Shown: positions 1 through 9,172 of the stretch, piece after piece
How positions within the stretch are numbered: position 1 is the first letter of the stretch
Layout of the letters: each line of letters starts with the position of its first letter
NCBI GenBank assembly: GCA_016184225.1
Contig: JACPDA010000005.1
Location: 67,590 to 131,589 of the forward strand
Direction: 5' to 3'
Length of the DNA: 64,000 nt
Source of the DNA: Candidatus Daviesbacteria bacterium
GTDB lineage: Bacteria; Patescibacteriota; Microgenomatia; Daviesbacterales; UBA10151
The notes under the pieces: generated by a model
Seen by the model: the letters and a program-made list of their open reading frames with translations, nothing else
Database searches by the model: none
Told to the model about the DNA's origin: nothing
Made by a program: the position numbers and the translations under genes

Positions 1-1
1 T

Positions 2-877
2 AAAGATTGGAAAATAGATTTTGAGGAGTTGGAAACTTTGGCCAAAAAACACAAACCAAAACTAATCTGGGTAGGGACCACGGCTTATCCTTTTAAGCTG
101 GATTATAAAAAGTTTAGAAAAATTGCCGATATGGTGGATGCCACTTTGGTGGCAGATATTTCTCATATCACCGGTTTAATAATTGGCGGTGTTCATACCT
201 CGCCGGTGCCTGATGTAGATATCATTATGACAACAACGCATAAAACCTTAAGAGGCCCCAGGGGAGCGATTATTTTGGTAACCGAGCGGGGACTCGCGAG
301 GGATCCGGAAATAAAGGCAAAAATCGAAAGGGCAATAATCCCCGGCATTCAAGGAGGTCCGCATAATCACCAGACAGCAGCTATTGCGGTAAGTTTGGAA
401 GAAGCTTTGAGGCCTTCATTTAAAAAATATGCTATTGCAGTTGCCAAAAATGCAGCGGTTTTAGCTAAAGAGCTGGGGACTGTTTCAGAAACCCACTTGA
501 TACTTTTAAGTTTGACCAAATATGGATACGGGATGGGCTATCAGGCCCAATACGCGCTGGAGGAGGCGGGTATTACAGTCAATAAAAATACAATTCCCGG
601 AGAACCTGCTTCGCCTTTTTACCCTTCAGGTATTCGCCTTGGGACACCGGCATTAACTTCCAGGGGAATGAAAGAAGAAGATATGGTAAGAATTGCTGGA
701 TGGATTAAAAGAGTTTTAGAAGAAATCAAGGGGCTTGATTTGCCAAAAAAGCAAGAGGAAAGAAAAGATTTCTTAAAAGAAGTTAAAGAAAAGATCCACG
801 AAAACAAAAATTTAAAGCAAATTAGAAAAGAAGTGGAAAAATTTGCTGGAAAATTCCCCGTTCCCGGTATACAATGA
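2..877 (+). CDS. glyA: Serine hydroxymethyltransferase, C-terminal part (5' end cut by window edge)
   Basis: Translation continues from the window start in-frame. The PLP-enzyme C-terminal region (…TTTHKTLRGPRGAIIL…, HNHQTAAIAV) is typical of SHMT. Confidence 0.85.
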   Translation, partial: KDWKIDFEELETLAKKHKPKLIWVGTTAYPFKLDYKKFRKIADMVDATLVADISHITGLIIGGVHTSPVPDVDIIMTTTHKTLRGPRGAIILVTERGLARDPEIKAKIERAIIPGIQGGPHNHQTAAIAVSLEEALRPSFKKYAIAVAKNAAVLAKELGTVSETHLILLSLTKYGYGMGYQAQYALEEAGITVNKNTIPGEPASPFYPSGIRLGTPALTSRGMKEEDMVRIAGWIKRVLEEIKGLDLPKKQEERKDFLKEVKEKIHENKNLKQIRKEVEKFAGKFPVPGIQ

Positions 878-883
878 TCCTTC

Positions 884-1726
884 ATGAAAGTATCCGGTAA
901 GGTAGTTGCAGATGCTATTGCAAAAAAACTTCACGAAAAAGTAAAGAAATTAACAGTTCAACCCACCTTTGCCATAATTTTGGCTGGTAGTGATCCGGCT
1001 TCCCGAATTTATGTAAACTTTAAAATAAAGCGAGCTAATGAAATTGGAGTTAAGGTTAAATCCTTTGAATTTGCCGAAAACCAATTTGATAAGTGTGTAA
1101 AGACTATTGAGGAGCTAAATTCAGACAAAAATGTCCATGGAATGATTGTACAATACCCGATATATAAAAGTTGGAATTTTGATGAGTTAATCGGGAAAGT
1201 TGATCCTAAAAAAGATGTAGATGGGTTTAGCAAGGAGTCTCCTTACGGCAAGGCAACTGCTTTGGCTGTTTGGGAAATGCTGACGGCTTTTGCCTATTTG
1301 GAAGGTTTTTCAAAGACAGAAGATTTTCTAAGGGATAAAAAAATGGTTGTCCTTGGAAGAGGTAAAACAGCGGGAGGACCCATTAGAGAGCTTTTAGAAA
1401 AACATGGATTTGAAGTGACGGTGGTTGCCCGGGATACGGAAAATCCAAATGAAAAGATTAGAAGTTCTGATGTAGTAATTTCTGCAACCGGGGTGAAAAA
1501 TATTGTTAACGGATCAAATGTTAAAAAAGGAGCGTATATTGTAGGAGTTGGTGTAGGTAGGGAGACAGTTGAGGGAAGACATAAAATATATGGGGATATT
1601 AATGAAGAGGAAATCAGTAAAATAGCCAAGCTGTATTGTCCAACTATTGGAGGAATAGGACCTTTAACAATTGTCAGCTTGTTGGAGAATGTGATAGAAT
1701 CAGCGTATCGCTCTCTGTCATCCTGA
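884..1726 (+). CDS. folD: Bifunctional methylene-THF dehydrogenase/methenyl-THF cyclohydrolase
   Basis: 280 aa with FolD-like N-terminal and NAD(P)-binding regions (ILAGSDPASRIYV, VVLGRGKTAGGP). The last codons and the stop are supplied by a dispersed repeat copy. Confidence 0.85.
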   Translation: MKVSGKVVADAIAKKLHEKVKKLTVQPTFAIILAGSDPASRIYVNFKIKRANEIGVKVKSFEFAENQFDKCVKTIEELNSDKNVHGMIVQYPIYKSWNFDELIGKVDPKKDVDGFSKESPYGKATALAVWEMLTAFAYLEGFSKTEDFLRDKKMVVLGRGKTAGGPIRELLEKHGFEVTVVARDTENPNEKIRSSDVVISATGVKNIVNGSNVKKGAYIVGVGVGRETVEGRHKIYGDINEEEISKIAKLYCPTIGGIGPLTIVSLLENVIESAYRSLSS

Positions 1727-1741
1727 GCGAAGCGAAGGATC
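1717..1741. repeat. Dispersed repeat family 1 (core TCCTGAGCGAAG[T]CGAAGGA), copy at the folD 3' end
   Basis: gtcatcctgagcgaagcgaaggatc; supplies the last folD codons (SS*). Confidence 0.7.
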
Positions 1742-1746
1742 TAATT

Positions 1747-2025
1747 ATGGGTTTAATGGACAATCTAAAACAACTGGGGGATCTTAAGAAAATGAGGGAT
1801 CAGGCCATGGAAGTGCAAAAAAGATTGGCCGGGATTAAGATTACTGTGGAACACAAAGGTGTGGTGGTGGTAATGACTGCCGATCAGAAGATAGTTTCTA
1901 TCTCAGGTGACAATGACCTAAATAAAGTTGCAGAAGCCGTTAATGAGGCTTTAAAACAATCCCAAAAAGTGGCAGCAGACGAGATGAAAGGTTTAATGGG
2001 CGGTATGGGAATCCCAGGGATGTGA
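1747..2025 (+). CDS. ybaB: YbaB/EbfC family nucleoid-associated protein
   Basis: About 93 aa (MGLMDNLKQL…GMGIPGM) with the conserved ybaB-recR pairing. The upstream extension of the tracked ORF overlaps folD in another frame and is discounted. Confidence 0.75.
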   Translation: MGLMDNLKQLGDLKKMRDQAMEVQKRLAGIKITVEHKGVVVVMTADQKIVSISGDNDLNKVAEAVNEALKQSQKVAADEMKGLMGGMGIPGM

Positions 2026-2040
2026 CCCGCCTTTGGCGAG

Positions 2041-2066
2041 GTCATCCTGAGCGAAGTCGAAGGATC
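2041..2066. repeat. Family 1 copy, intergenic ybaB-recR
   Basis: gtcatcctgagcgaagtcgaaggatc. Confidence 0.7.
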
Positions 2067-2086
2067 TATGTTAAAATCCTCTCATC

Positions 2087-2683
2087 ATGGCGCAAGTCCC
2101 AAAATCCGTCCAAAATTTAATTGAAGCTTTTGAGAGACTTCCCGGTATTGGGCCGAAAACTGCCCAGAGGTTAACTTATTATCTTTTACACGCTCCTATT
2201 GAAGAAGCTAAGGCGTTAGCTGAGGCAGCCATTGGGATGAAAGAGAAAACCAAAATCTGTTCAATTTGTTTTAACATCGGAGAAGTTGACCCTTGCCAGA
2301 TTTGTTCTGATCAGAGCCGCGATAAAGAAATTGTTGCAGTGGTGGAAAATCCACTAGATGTGCTGGCTTTGGAGAAAGCCAATTTTAAAGGTCTTTATCA
2401 TGTTTTACATGGGGTAATTTCACCCTTAGAAAATATCGGACCATCAGAAATTCATATAAAAGAACTGTTGCCGAGATTAAAAGACGGCATTGTTAAAGAA
2501 ATTATTTTGGCTACCAATCCGACTATGGAGGGAGAAGCCACTGCCATGTATATACAAAGATTGATTGCTCCACTGGGAGTTAAGGTTACCAGAATAGCCA
2601 GGGGGTTGCCGGTTGGGTCGGACTTGGAATATGCAGATGAAACCACACTGTCCCGGGCACTGGAAGGTAGGAAGGAATATTAG
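2087..2683 (+). CDS. recR: Recombination protein RecR
   Basis: HhH motif (LPGIGPKTAQRL), a C4 zinc finger (CSICFNIGEVDPCQIC) and a Toprim domain. Confidence 0.9.
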   Translation: MAQVPKSVQNLIEAFERLPGIGPKTAQRLTYYLLHAPIEEAKALAEAAIGMKEKTKICSICFNIGEVDPCQICSDQSRDKEIVAVVENPLDVLALEKANFKGLYHVLHGVISPLENIGPSEIHIKELLPRLKDGIVKEIILATNPTMEGEATAMYIQRLIAPLGVKVTRIARGLPVGSDLEYADETTLSRALEGRKEY

Positions 2684-2701
2684 TTATGCTAGAATGTATC
2701 A

Positions 2702-3118
2702 ATGGCAAATCGTGGAAATGTTATTGGAAAATTCAGTGAGGAAGTTCAAGAAGCGGCGAGTGAAGTTGCAGAGGATGTTAAAGACTCGGTAGGCGAGGCA
2801 ATTGAACAAGGTGTTCAATTCGCAGCAGCATCCCAGCTTACTCCTCAACAACTGCAACAAAAGCAGCAAACAGACCAAAAAAAAGAAGTAGACAGACAAA
2901 AACAGCTGAGTTATACCAGAAACTGGTTGAGTAATTTAGAGGCGGCACAAGCAAAAGTAAGGGCAGAGAATAAACAAAAAGAACAGCAAAGACTGCAAGC
3001 AGAGCAACAGGAAAAACAAGTTGTGGAAATGAAAAAAGAAGAAAAGAAGAAGAGGCCTGTTAATCCGGCCGTAGCTTATGCCGGCAAAGTAGAATTTAAA
3101 AGAGGAGTAGGAGGTTAA
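2702..3118 (+). CDS. Hypothetical Q/E/K-rich coiled-coil protein
   Basis: 138-aa ORF in an operon position between recR and cysS. Its stop overlaps the cysS ATG. Low-complexity sequence, no recognisable domain. Confidence 0.45.
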   Translation: MANRGNVIGKFSEEVQEAASEVAEDVKDSVGEAIEQGVQFAAASQLTPQQLQQKQQTDQKKEVDRQKQLSYTRNWLSNLEAAQAKVRAENKQKEQQRLQAEQQEKQVVEMKKEEKKKRPVNPAVAYAGKVEFKRGVGG

Positions 3119-4458
3119 TGTTAAAACTTTACAATTTTTTATCCCGTAAATTAGAAGATTTTAACCCGATTAATCCTCCTAATGTCGGACTCTACACATG
3201 CGGGCCAACAACCTATGATTTTGTTCACATCGGTAATTTACGGACTTTTATTTTTGAGGATGTTTTGCAGCGGGTATTGGAAGCGAATGGTTATAAAGTT
3301 AAAAGAGGGATGAATATAACAGATATTGACGATAAAATTATTAAAGGCGCAAAAGAAAAAAATTTACCGATTGATGAATTCTCGGCACCTTTCGAGCGGG
3401 CATTTTTTCAGGATCTGGAAAAGTTAAATATAAAATCTGCCGATGTTTACCCCAAAGCAACAGAACATATTGGTCACATGATTAGGTTTATTGAGGAGCT
3501 AATCAAAAAAGATTTGGCTTACGCGGAAAAAGATGGTTCGGTTTATTTTGATATTTCAAAATTTCCCAACTATGGAAAATTATCCGGATTAGATAACCGT
3601 ATTTTAAAACATGGAACCAGAGTTTTGGCAGATGAATATTCCAAAGATGATGTACAGGATTTTGCCCTTTGGAAAGCTACTGAGGCAGATGAGGTCGGCT
3701 ATGATAGCCCTTGGGGGTTTGGCAGGCCAGGTTGGCATATTGAGTGTTCAGTCATGAGCCAGGAAAATTTAGGTGAAACTTTTGATATTCACGGCGGGGG
3801 AGTAGATTTGATCTTCCCTCATCATGAAAACGAGATTGCACAATCTGAGGGAAAAACCGGCAAGAAATTTGTTAACTATTTTGTGGAAGCAGAACACCTG
3901 CTGGTCAATAACCAAAAAATGGCCAAGTCTGCAGGCAATTTTTTTACTTTGCGGGATATTGAAGAAAAAGGCTTTGATCCGCTGGCTTTCCGTTATCTGG
4001 TTTTAACTGCTCATTATCGGGATAAGTTAAATTTTACCTGGGAATCATTAACTGGTGCCCAAAACGCTTTGAATAATTTAAGGGAAATTATCAGAGACTT
4101 CGATGAGCCGAAAATTGGCTGTGCCCAATATGAGCAGGATTTTATGGAAGCTGTAAATAATGATTTAAATATGCCACAAGCTTTGGCAGTAATGTGGGAT
4201 ATGTTCAAATCTGATTACCCCAGCTCTGCTAAAGCCAAAACACTTTTGGAAATGGATAAAGTCTTAGGATTAAAATTAGATGAGTATCTAGGAAAAAAGG
4301 TGGAGGTTCCGGCAGAAGTACAAAGATTGGTTGACCAAAGAGAGCAAACCAGAAGATCCGGAGACTTCAAAAAATCAGACGGATTGCGTAAGAAAATCAA
4401 AAAACTAGGTTTTGAAATTGAAGATACCCCGGTTGGACCCAGATTCAAAAGAGGCTAA
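3118..4458 (+). CDS. cysS: Cysteinyl-tRNA synthetase
   Basis: Class I aaRS HIGN-type motif (HIGNLRT), a KMAKS (KMSKS) motif and a GGAGG RBS upstream. Confidence 0.9.
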   Translation: MLKLYNFLSRKLEDFNPINPPNVGLYTCGPTTYDFVHIGNLRTFIFEDVLQRVLEANGYKVKRGMNITDIDDKIIKGAKEKNLPIDEFSAPFERAFFQDLEKLNIKSADVYPKATEHIGHMIRFIEELIKKDLAYAEKDGSVYFDISKFPNYGKLSGLDNRILKHGTRVLADEYSKDDVQDFALWKATEADEVGYDSPWGFGRPGWHIECSVMSQENLGETFDIHGGGVDLIFPHHENEIAQSEGKTGKKFVNYFVEAEHLLVNNQKMAKSAGNFFTLRDIEEKGFDPLAFRYLVLTAHYRDKLNFTWESLTGAQNALNNLREIIRDFDEPKIGCAQYEQDFMEAVNNDLNMPQALAVMWDMFKSDYPSSAKAKTLLEMDKVLGLKLDEYLGKKVEVPAEVQRLVDQREQTRRSGDFKKSDGLRKKIKKLGFEIEDTPVGPRFKRG

Positions 4459-4509
4459 TTGACTTTTTGCATCCTAAAAATATAGAATACTAAAACTGTC
4501 TCTAATAAT

Positions 4510-4845
4510 ATGGAAGTGATACCAGTAGAAACACCTCAAACAACAGATTTAGAGTGGAGATATTGGGCAGAGGGTAGTAATCTTGCTTCGGCAGTTGCAT
4601 GGCAAACTATTATGAATTTAAATAAAGGGTATGCAACACCTGGTTTCCTCTCAGCAGCTTTAAACGGTTCGGATGGGGAGAAAATTGCACAAGCCGTAAT
4701 GCAAGAATACATCTTAAATCAATTTATACTTCCGTCTTCAGGGTCAGTAGATCTAGATAATCCACGAGTTGCCTTGGCACTAAAAGTACGGGATTTTGCA
4801 GCTGCGCAATTTAGAGCAGGAATGCTTGAACTATTACAAAACTAA
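4510..4845 (+). CDS. Hypothetical protein (111 aa)
   Basis: ORF only. A TTGACT…TAGAAT promoter-like sequence lies upstream. No recognisable motif. Confidence 0.4.
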   Translation: MEVIPVETPQTTDLEWRYWAEGSNLASAVAWQTIMNLNKGYATPGFLSAALNGSDGEKIAQAVMQEYILNQFILPSSGSVDLDNPRVALALKVRDFAAAQFRAGMLELLQN

Positions 4846-4901
4846 TAAGGGTTTATTCCACAGAGTGTTTTGGGCTGCCAAATTGTGGTAAACTTGGGGA
4901 T

Positions 4902-5567
4902 GTGGAAAATGTAGTCACGATAGATGGGCCAACTTCCTCCGGCAAAAACAGCGTCGGATTTTTATTGGCCCAAAAGTTGGGCTACCAATATATTGACTCC
5001 GGTTCTATTTATCGGGCCGGATGCATTTTTATTCTAAGAAACGATATCTCTATAAATGATTTGGAAAAAGTGGTAGAAGTTTATAAAAACCTGCAGATAG
5101 AAATTAAATTGAGTGATCATGAGCCGAGGTTTTTTGCCAACGGGGAAGATGTCACAGATCATTTGCATAATCCGGAAGTGACCAAAATAGTGCCGGCAGT
5201 CTCTGCTATTAAAGAAGTTAGGGAAGCGACTAAAGTTATTCAATACAGATTAGTTAACTCCCGAAACACTGTTATGACAGGCCGTGATATTGGTTCGGAA
5301 ATTTTTCCGGAGGCAAAACACAGATTTTTTCTGACAGCTTCTGTAGAAACTAGAGCCAAGAGACGATTTAAACAGCTTGCGGAAAAAGACTCTACCGTAA
5401 GATATGAAGATGTACTGTCGTCCATGGAAGAGCGGGACAAACAAGACGAAACGCGTGAGGTTTCACCCCTGCGGATCCCGGAAGGCGCAACTGTGATTGA
5501 TAATTCTAGTCTTACAGTCGAACAGACAGTAGAGGAAATGTTAAAACACATCAATGCATCAAATTAA
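4902..5567 (+). CDS. cmk: Cytidylate kinase
   Basis: GTG start and a P-loop (GPTSSGKNS). The length and NMP-kinase layout fit Cmk. Confidence 0.8.
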   Translation: MENVVTIDGPTSSGKNSVGFLLAQKLGYQYIDSGSIYRAGCIFILRNDISINDLEKVVEVYKNLQIEIKLSDHEPRFFANGEDVTDHLHNPEVTKIVPAVSAIKEVREATKVIQYRLVNSRNTVMTGRDIGSEIFPEAKHRFFLTASVETRAKRRFKQLAEKDSTVRYEDVLSSMEERDKQDETREVSPLRIPEGATVIDNSSLTVEQTVEEMLKHINASN

Positions 5568-6819
5568 AACTTTATCAAACGGATTGACTTTAATTACTGT
5601 AAACCGCCCACATCTTGATTCGGTAACGACTCTGGTTGCCGTCGGCGCCGGCTCCAGGTATGAAACGAAAAAAATCAACGGCATTTCCCACTTTCTCGAG
5701 CATATGTTTTTTAAAGGGTCAACAAAATTTCCATCTGCTGAAAAAATCTCCACTTTAGTTGACGGTATTGGAGCAGTTAATAACGCTATCACAGATAAAG
5801 AAGTGACATATTATTGGATCAAGTCTTCTGCCAAACATATTAAATTATCCTCAGATATTTTATCTTCCATGATTAAAGAATCCTTGTTTAGCCAGGAGGA
5901 AATTGACAGGGAAAAGGGAGTAATTGTAGAGGAACTGCGGATGTACCGGGATAATCCGGCCAGATATGTTTGGGAATTATATGAAAGGTTGCAATACGGC
6001 AACCAGCCTTTGGGTTGGGATACTGGTGGGGAAGAAAAAATTGTTAATTCACTAAACCGCGAAGATTTTATTTCTTACATGGACTCTCTCTATGCACCGG
6101 AAAATATGGCATTAGTTTATGTGGGAAAAATACCGGCCAGTATTGAAGAAGTTGCCAAAGAGTTTTTTTTGAGCTTACCAAAAAGGAAACAATATCCCTT
6201 TAAACCTTTCAAAAAGATAGAACAAAAAAAAGCTAAAGTGGATGTTTTTTATAAAGATACCGACCAGGTTAATTTAGTTTTGGGTATGGAAGGTTTTGAT
6301 AGATATGATGATAGAAAATATGTTGGTAGGGTACTCTCTTGTCTTTTAGGTGAAGGAATGTCTTCCAGGCTATTTATTCAAGTTCGGGAACGAAGGGGTT
6401 TGGCTTACAGCATAGGTGCCCATAGCGGCAGTTACAAAGATACCGGTGCTTTTACTGTTTATGGCGGGTTGAAGTTGGAGAAAATTTATGAGGGAATGGA
6501 AGTAATTTTAGCGGAACTTCAAATGATGGCCAGCGAAAAAGTGACAGATAAGGAGCTTAAGAAAGCCAAAGAAATGATCAGGGGTAGAATTGCCCTGCAA
6601 TCCGAATCAACAAATTTTCTGGCAGAATATTTTGGTACCAGTTTTGTGTTAGATAGAAAAATAGAAACCTTTGAAGAGATTTTACAAAAGATAGACAAAG
6701 TCAGCAAGGAAGATTTACAAAATTTGGCAAAGGAGTTATTCGTCAGACAAAAATATAACCTGCAAATCATTGGTCCTTTTAAAAATGCATCTAAATTTGA
6801 GGATATTTTAAATCTTTAA
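5554..6819 (+). CDS. M16 family zinc peptidase (pitrilysin/insulinase-like)
   Basis: Inverted zinc motif HFLEH with a downstream E, 421 aa and the two-domain M16 layout. Confidence 0.75.
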   Translation: MHQIKTLSNGLTLITVNRPHLDSVTTLVAVGAGSRYETKKINGISHFLEHMFFKGSTKFPSAEKISTLVDGIGAVNNAITDKEVTYYWIKSSAKHIKLSSDILSSMIKESLFSQEEIDREKGVIVEELRMYRDNPARYVWELYERLQYGNQPLGWDTGGEEKIVNSLNREDFISYMDSLYAPENMALVYVGKIPASIEEVAKEFFLSLPKRKQYPFKPFKKIEQKKAKVDVFYKDTDQVNLVLGMEGFDRYDDRKYVGRVLSCLLGEGMSSRLFIQVRERRGLAYSIGAHSGSYKDTGAFTVYGGLKLEKIYEGMEVILAELQMMASEKVTDKELKKAKEMIRGRIALQSESTNFLAEYFGTSFVLDRKIETFEEILQKIDKVSKEDLQNLAKELFVRQKYNLQIIGPFKNASKFEDILNL

Positions 6820-7335
6820 GAAAAGCTTCTCCAAAATTTTTCCGATCGCTAGAGCAATTACTAAGGAAGCCACTGCCGTAATAAATCCTCCTAAAATATC
6901 CAACGGATAATGTACACCTACATAGATCCTTGATATACCTATCCAAAGCATAAGGAATAACAGAAGAGCTGACCATTTAGACTTGAAATAAGTATAGGCA
7001 AAAGCTAAAACTGCGGCAATAGTTGCATGCCTTGATGGGAAAGAGGCGCTATCCGCCGCCTCAGCGACAATTGGAATAAAATGAAAAGTTACAAAAGGTC
7101 GGTTTTCAAATAAAAAAAGATGAATTACCTTGATAAGTAAGAATGAAATGGGTAGCCCTAAGATAATAAGCAGCAAAGCTTTTTTTTCTTTTGTTCCACC
7201 TTTTACAGCTAACACAAAAACGAGTAAAAATGTTAGATAAATTAAGGAGATGGTCCCAAAAACCATTAATTTGTCTAGAGCCCAAAAGCGACCGTTTAAG
7301 TTAAGTACAGAAAAGAATAAACCTACATTATCCAT
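6808..7335 (-). CDS. PAP2 family phosphatase (undecaprenyl-diphosphatase/phosphatidate phosphatase-like)
   Basis: PAP2 signature motifs (SFPSRH and SRIYVGVHYPLD) in a multi-TM protein. Confidence 0.8.
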   Translation of the reverse strand: MDNVGLFFSVLNLNGRFWALDKLMVFGTISLIYLTFLLVFVLAVKGGTKEKKALLLIILGLPISFLLIKVIHLFLFENRPFVTFHFIPIVAEAADSASFPSRHATIAAVLAFAYTYFKSKWSALLLFLMLWIGISRIYVGVHYPLDILGGFITAVASLVIALAIGKILEKLFLKI

Positions 7336-7697
7336 TGTTTAATATACGGAAGAAAAATGATGATCCCGACGACTAATGAGGTTAAGGCGGCCACTAAAAC
7401 CGCCCCTGCTGAAATATCTTTAGCCAGCTTTGCACCAGGATGCTCTTTATCTGTAAATGCATCAACTACAGCTTCTATAGCGGTATTGGTTAATTCAACT
7501 GAAATGACAAATCCGATGAGAAAGATTACTATCATCCAATCAGTCCGGGAAAGACTTAAAATAAAGGAAAGAAGAATTACCAGTAATGCTGCCACAAAGT
7601 GGAATTTTAAATTTGGCTCTTCTTTTAAAGCACTAACAACTCCCACCAAGGCATATTTAAAAGAAAGCACCCGGTGATTATTAGCTAAATTTTCCAT
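7323..7697 (-). CDS. dgkA: Diacylglycerol kinase / undecaprenol kinase family
   Basis: About 124 aa with three TM segments, prokaryotic DAGK-like and adjacent to the PAP2 gene. Confidence 0.7.
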   Translation of the reverse strand: MENLANNHRVLSFKYALVGVVSALKEEPNLKFHFVAALLVILLSFILSLSRTDWMIVIFLIGFVISVELTNTAIEAVVDAFTDKEHPGAKLAKDISAGAVLVAALTSLVVGIIIFLPYIKQWIM

Positions 7698-7719
7698 TAG
7701 TTTAAGTATACCATGTTAC

Positions 7720-7748
7720 TTGACTTTCGAGCTTCGAATAGTTATATT
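7720..7748 (+). promoter_or_regulatory. Sigma70-like promoter TTGACT-17-TATATT for purF; the ATG lies about 6 nt after the -10, so the mRNA is probably leaderless
   Basis: Hexamers with 17-nt spacing were read directly from the sequence. Confidence 0.5.
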
Positions 7749-7753
7749 AAGCT

Positions 7754-9172
7754 ATGGGAAGCAAGATAGGCGAAAAATGTGGGATATTTGGAAGTTTCGG
7801 CAAGGGATTTGAGGCAGCTAGGTTGGTTCACCCAGGGCTTTGGGCCCTGCAACATCGGGGTCAGGAATCTTCAGGAATTTCTTCATCTGACGGAAAAAAG
7901 ATTTATCTTCACAAGGGAATGGGTTTAGTTTCACATGTTTTCGGGGAAGAAGATTTAAGAAAATTAAAAGGTCACTTGGCAGTCGGCCATAACCGTTATT
8001 CTACTTCAGGTGATTCAGTCATTTCTCATGCTCAACCAATTTTAGAAAAGGTTAGTGGCGGTAAGTTTATTGCCTTAGTTCATAATGGCAATCTCCCGTC
8101 AATGAAAAAGTTAGAAGAATTCTTAAAAAGCAAGGTAATTTCTATCAAAGATCTTAATGATTCCGAAATGATTGCCAAAGCAATTGCAGTTTTAATGAAT
8201 GAGGATTTAAGTTTGGAAGAAGCCATCAAAAAAGTCTACCCTTTGCTTACCGGAGTATTTTGTTTGCTTGTTATGGATGAGAAAAAACTTATTGCTGTTA
8301 GGGATAGTTTCGGCATCAGGCCACTTTGCCTGGGAAAGTTAAACGGCGGGTTTATTGTAGCATCGGAAACTTGTGCGCTAGATATTGTCGGGGCAAAGTT
8401 TTTACGGGAAGTTAAGCCTGGGGAAATGGTGGTAATTGATGATGTGGGTTTGCAGAGTATTCAGATAGAAAAAGGCAAACAAAAGTTGGATGTGTTTGAA
8501 TATGTCTATTTTGCCAGACCGGACAGTATAATCTTGGGAAAAAGTGTTGATCTGGTCCGGCAAAATTTAGGGAAAGAACTGGCGAAAGAAAACCTGATTA
8601 AAGCCGATATCGTCATCCCCATCCCTGACTCCGCGATCCCGGCAGCGATTGGATTTTCCAGGCAGTCCAACATTCCTTTTGAAATGGGTCTGATTAAAAA
8701 CCGTTACATCCACCGGACTTTTATTTCTCCGGAGCAGCATACCCGCCACAGAATTGTCCAGCTAAAACTTAATCCAATGAAACACATTATTGCCGGGAAA
8801 AGGGTCATTGTGATTGATGATTCAATTGTGAGAGGTACCACTTCAAAACAAATTATGAAAATGTTAAAAGATGCCGGTGCAAAAGAAATCCACCTTTTGG
8901 TTTCATCGCCACCGATTAAGTTTCCGGATTTTTACGGCATTGATACTCCAGACCAAAATGAATTGATTGCCGCTGTAAAAAACATTAAAGAGATAGAAAA
9001 AGAATTAGGAGTTGATTCACTGCATTATTTATCTTACGGTGGTTTGATAAGAGCGATTGGTTTACCGGAAAGCTTACTTTGTACGGCTTTATTTAATGGA
9101 AATTATCCGGTGGACATTGGCGAGCGGAGTAAAGAAATCACCTATGAAAAAAATAGCGGTATTAATATCTAA
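7754..9172 (+). CDS. purF: Amidophosphoribosyltransferase
   Basis: N-terminal nucleophile Cys (M..CGIFG), a Ntn glutaminase domain and a PRTase domain. Confidence 0.9.
   Translation: MGSKIGEKCGIFGSFGKGFEAARLVHPGLWALQHRGQESSGISSSDGKKIYLHKGMGLVSHVFGEEDLRKLKGHLAVGHNRYSTSGDSVISHAQPILEKVSGGKFIALVHNGNLPSMKKLEEFLKSKVISIKDLNDSEMIAKAIAVLMNEDLSLEEAIKKVYPLLTGVFCLLVMDEKKLIAVRDSFGIRPLCLGKLNGGFIVASETCALDIVGAKFLREVKPGEMVVIDDVGLQSIQIEKGKQKLDVFEYVYFARPDSIILGKSVDLVRQNLGKELAKENLIKADIVIPIPDSAIPAAIGFSRQSNIPFEMGLIKNRYIHRTFISPEQHTRHRIVQLKLNPMKHIIAGKRVIVIDDSIVRGTTSKQIMKMLKDAGAKEIHLLVSSPPIKFPDFYGIDTPDQNELIAAVKNIKEIEKELGVDSLHYLSYGGLIRAIGLPESLLCTALFNGNYPVDIGERSKEITYEKNSGINI

Noticed and set aside
1636-1746. N-terminal extension of ORF 1636..2025 (MSNYWRN…VILSEAKDL…) overlapping folD
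   Set aside because: It is the out-of-frame translation of the folD 3' end and a family-1 repeat copy. The YbaB homology begins at the ATG at 1747.
9057-9143. Track start of the purN-purD ORF at 9057 (MVYRKAYFV…)
   Set aside because: It lies inside the purF coding region. PurN homology starts at MKKIAVLIS (9144), which has a plausible short overlap.
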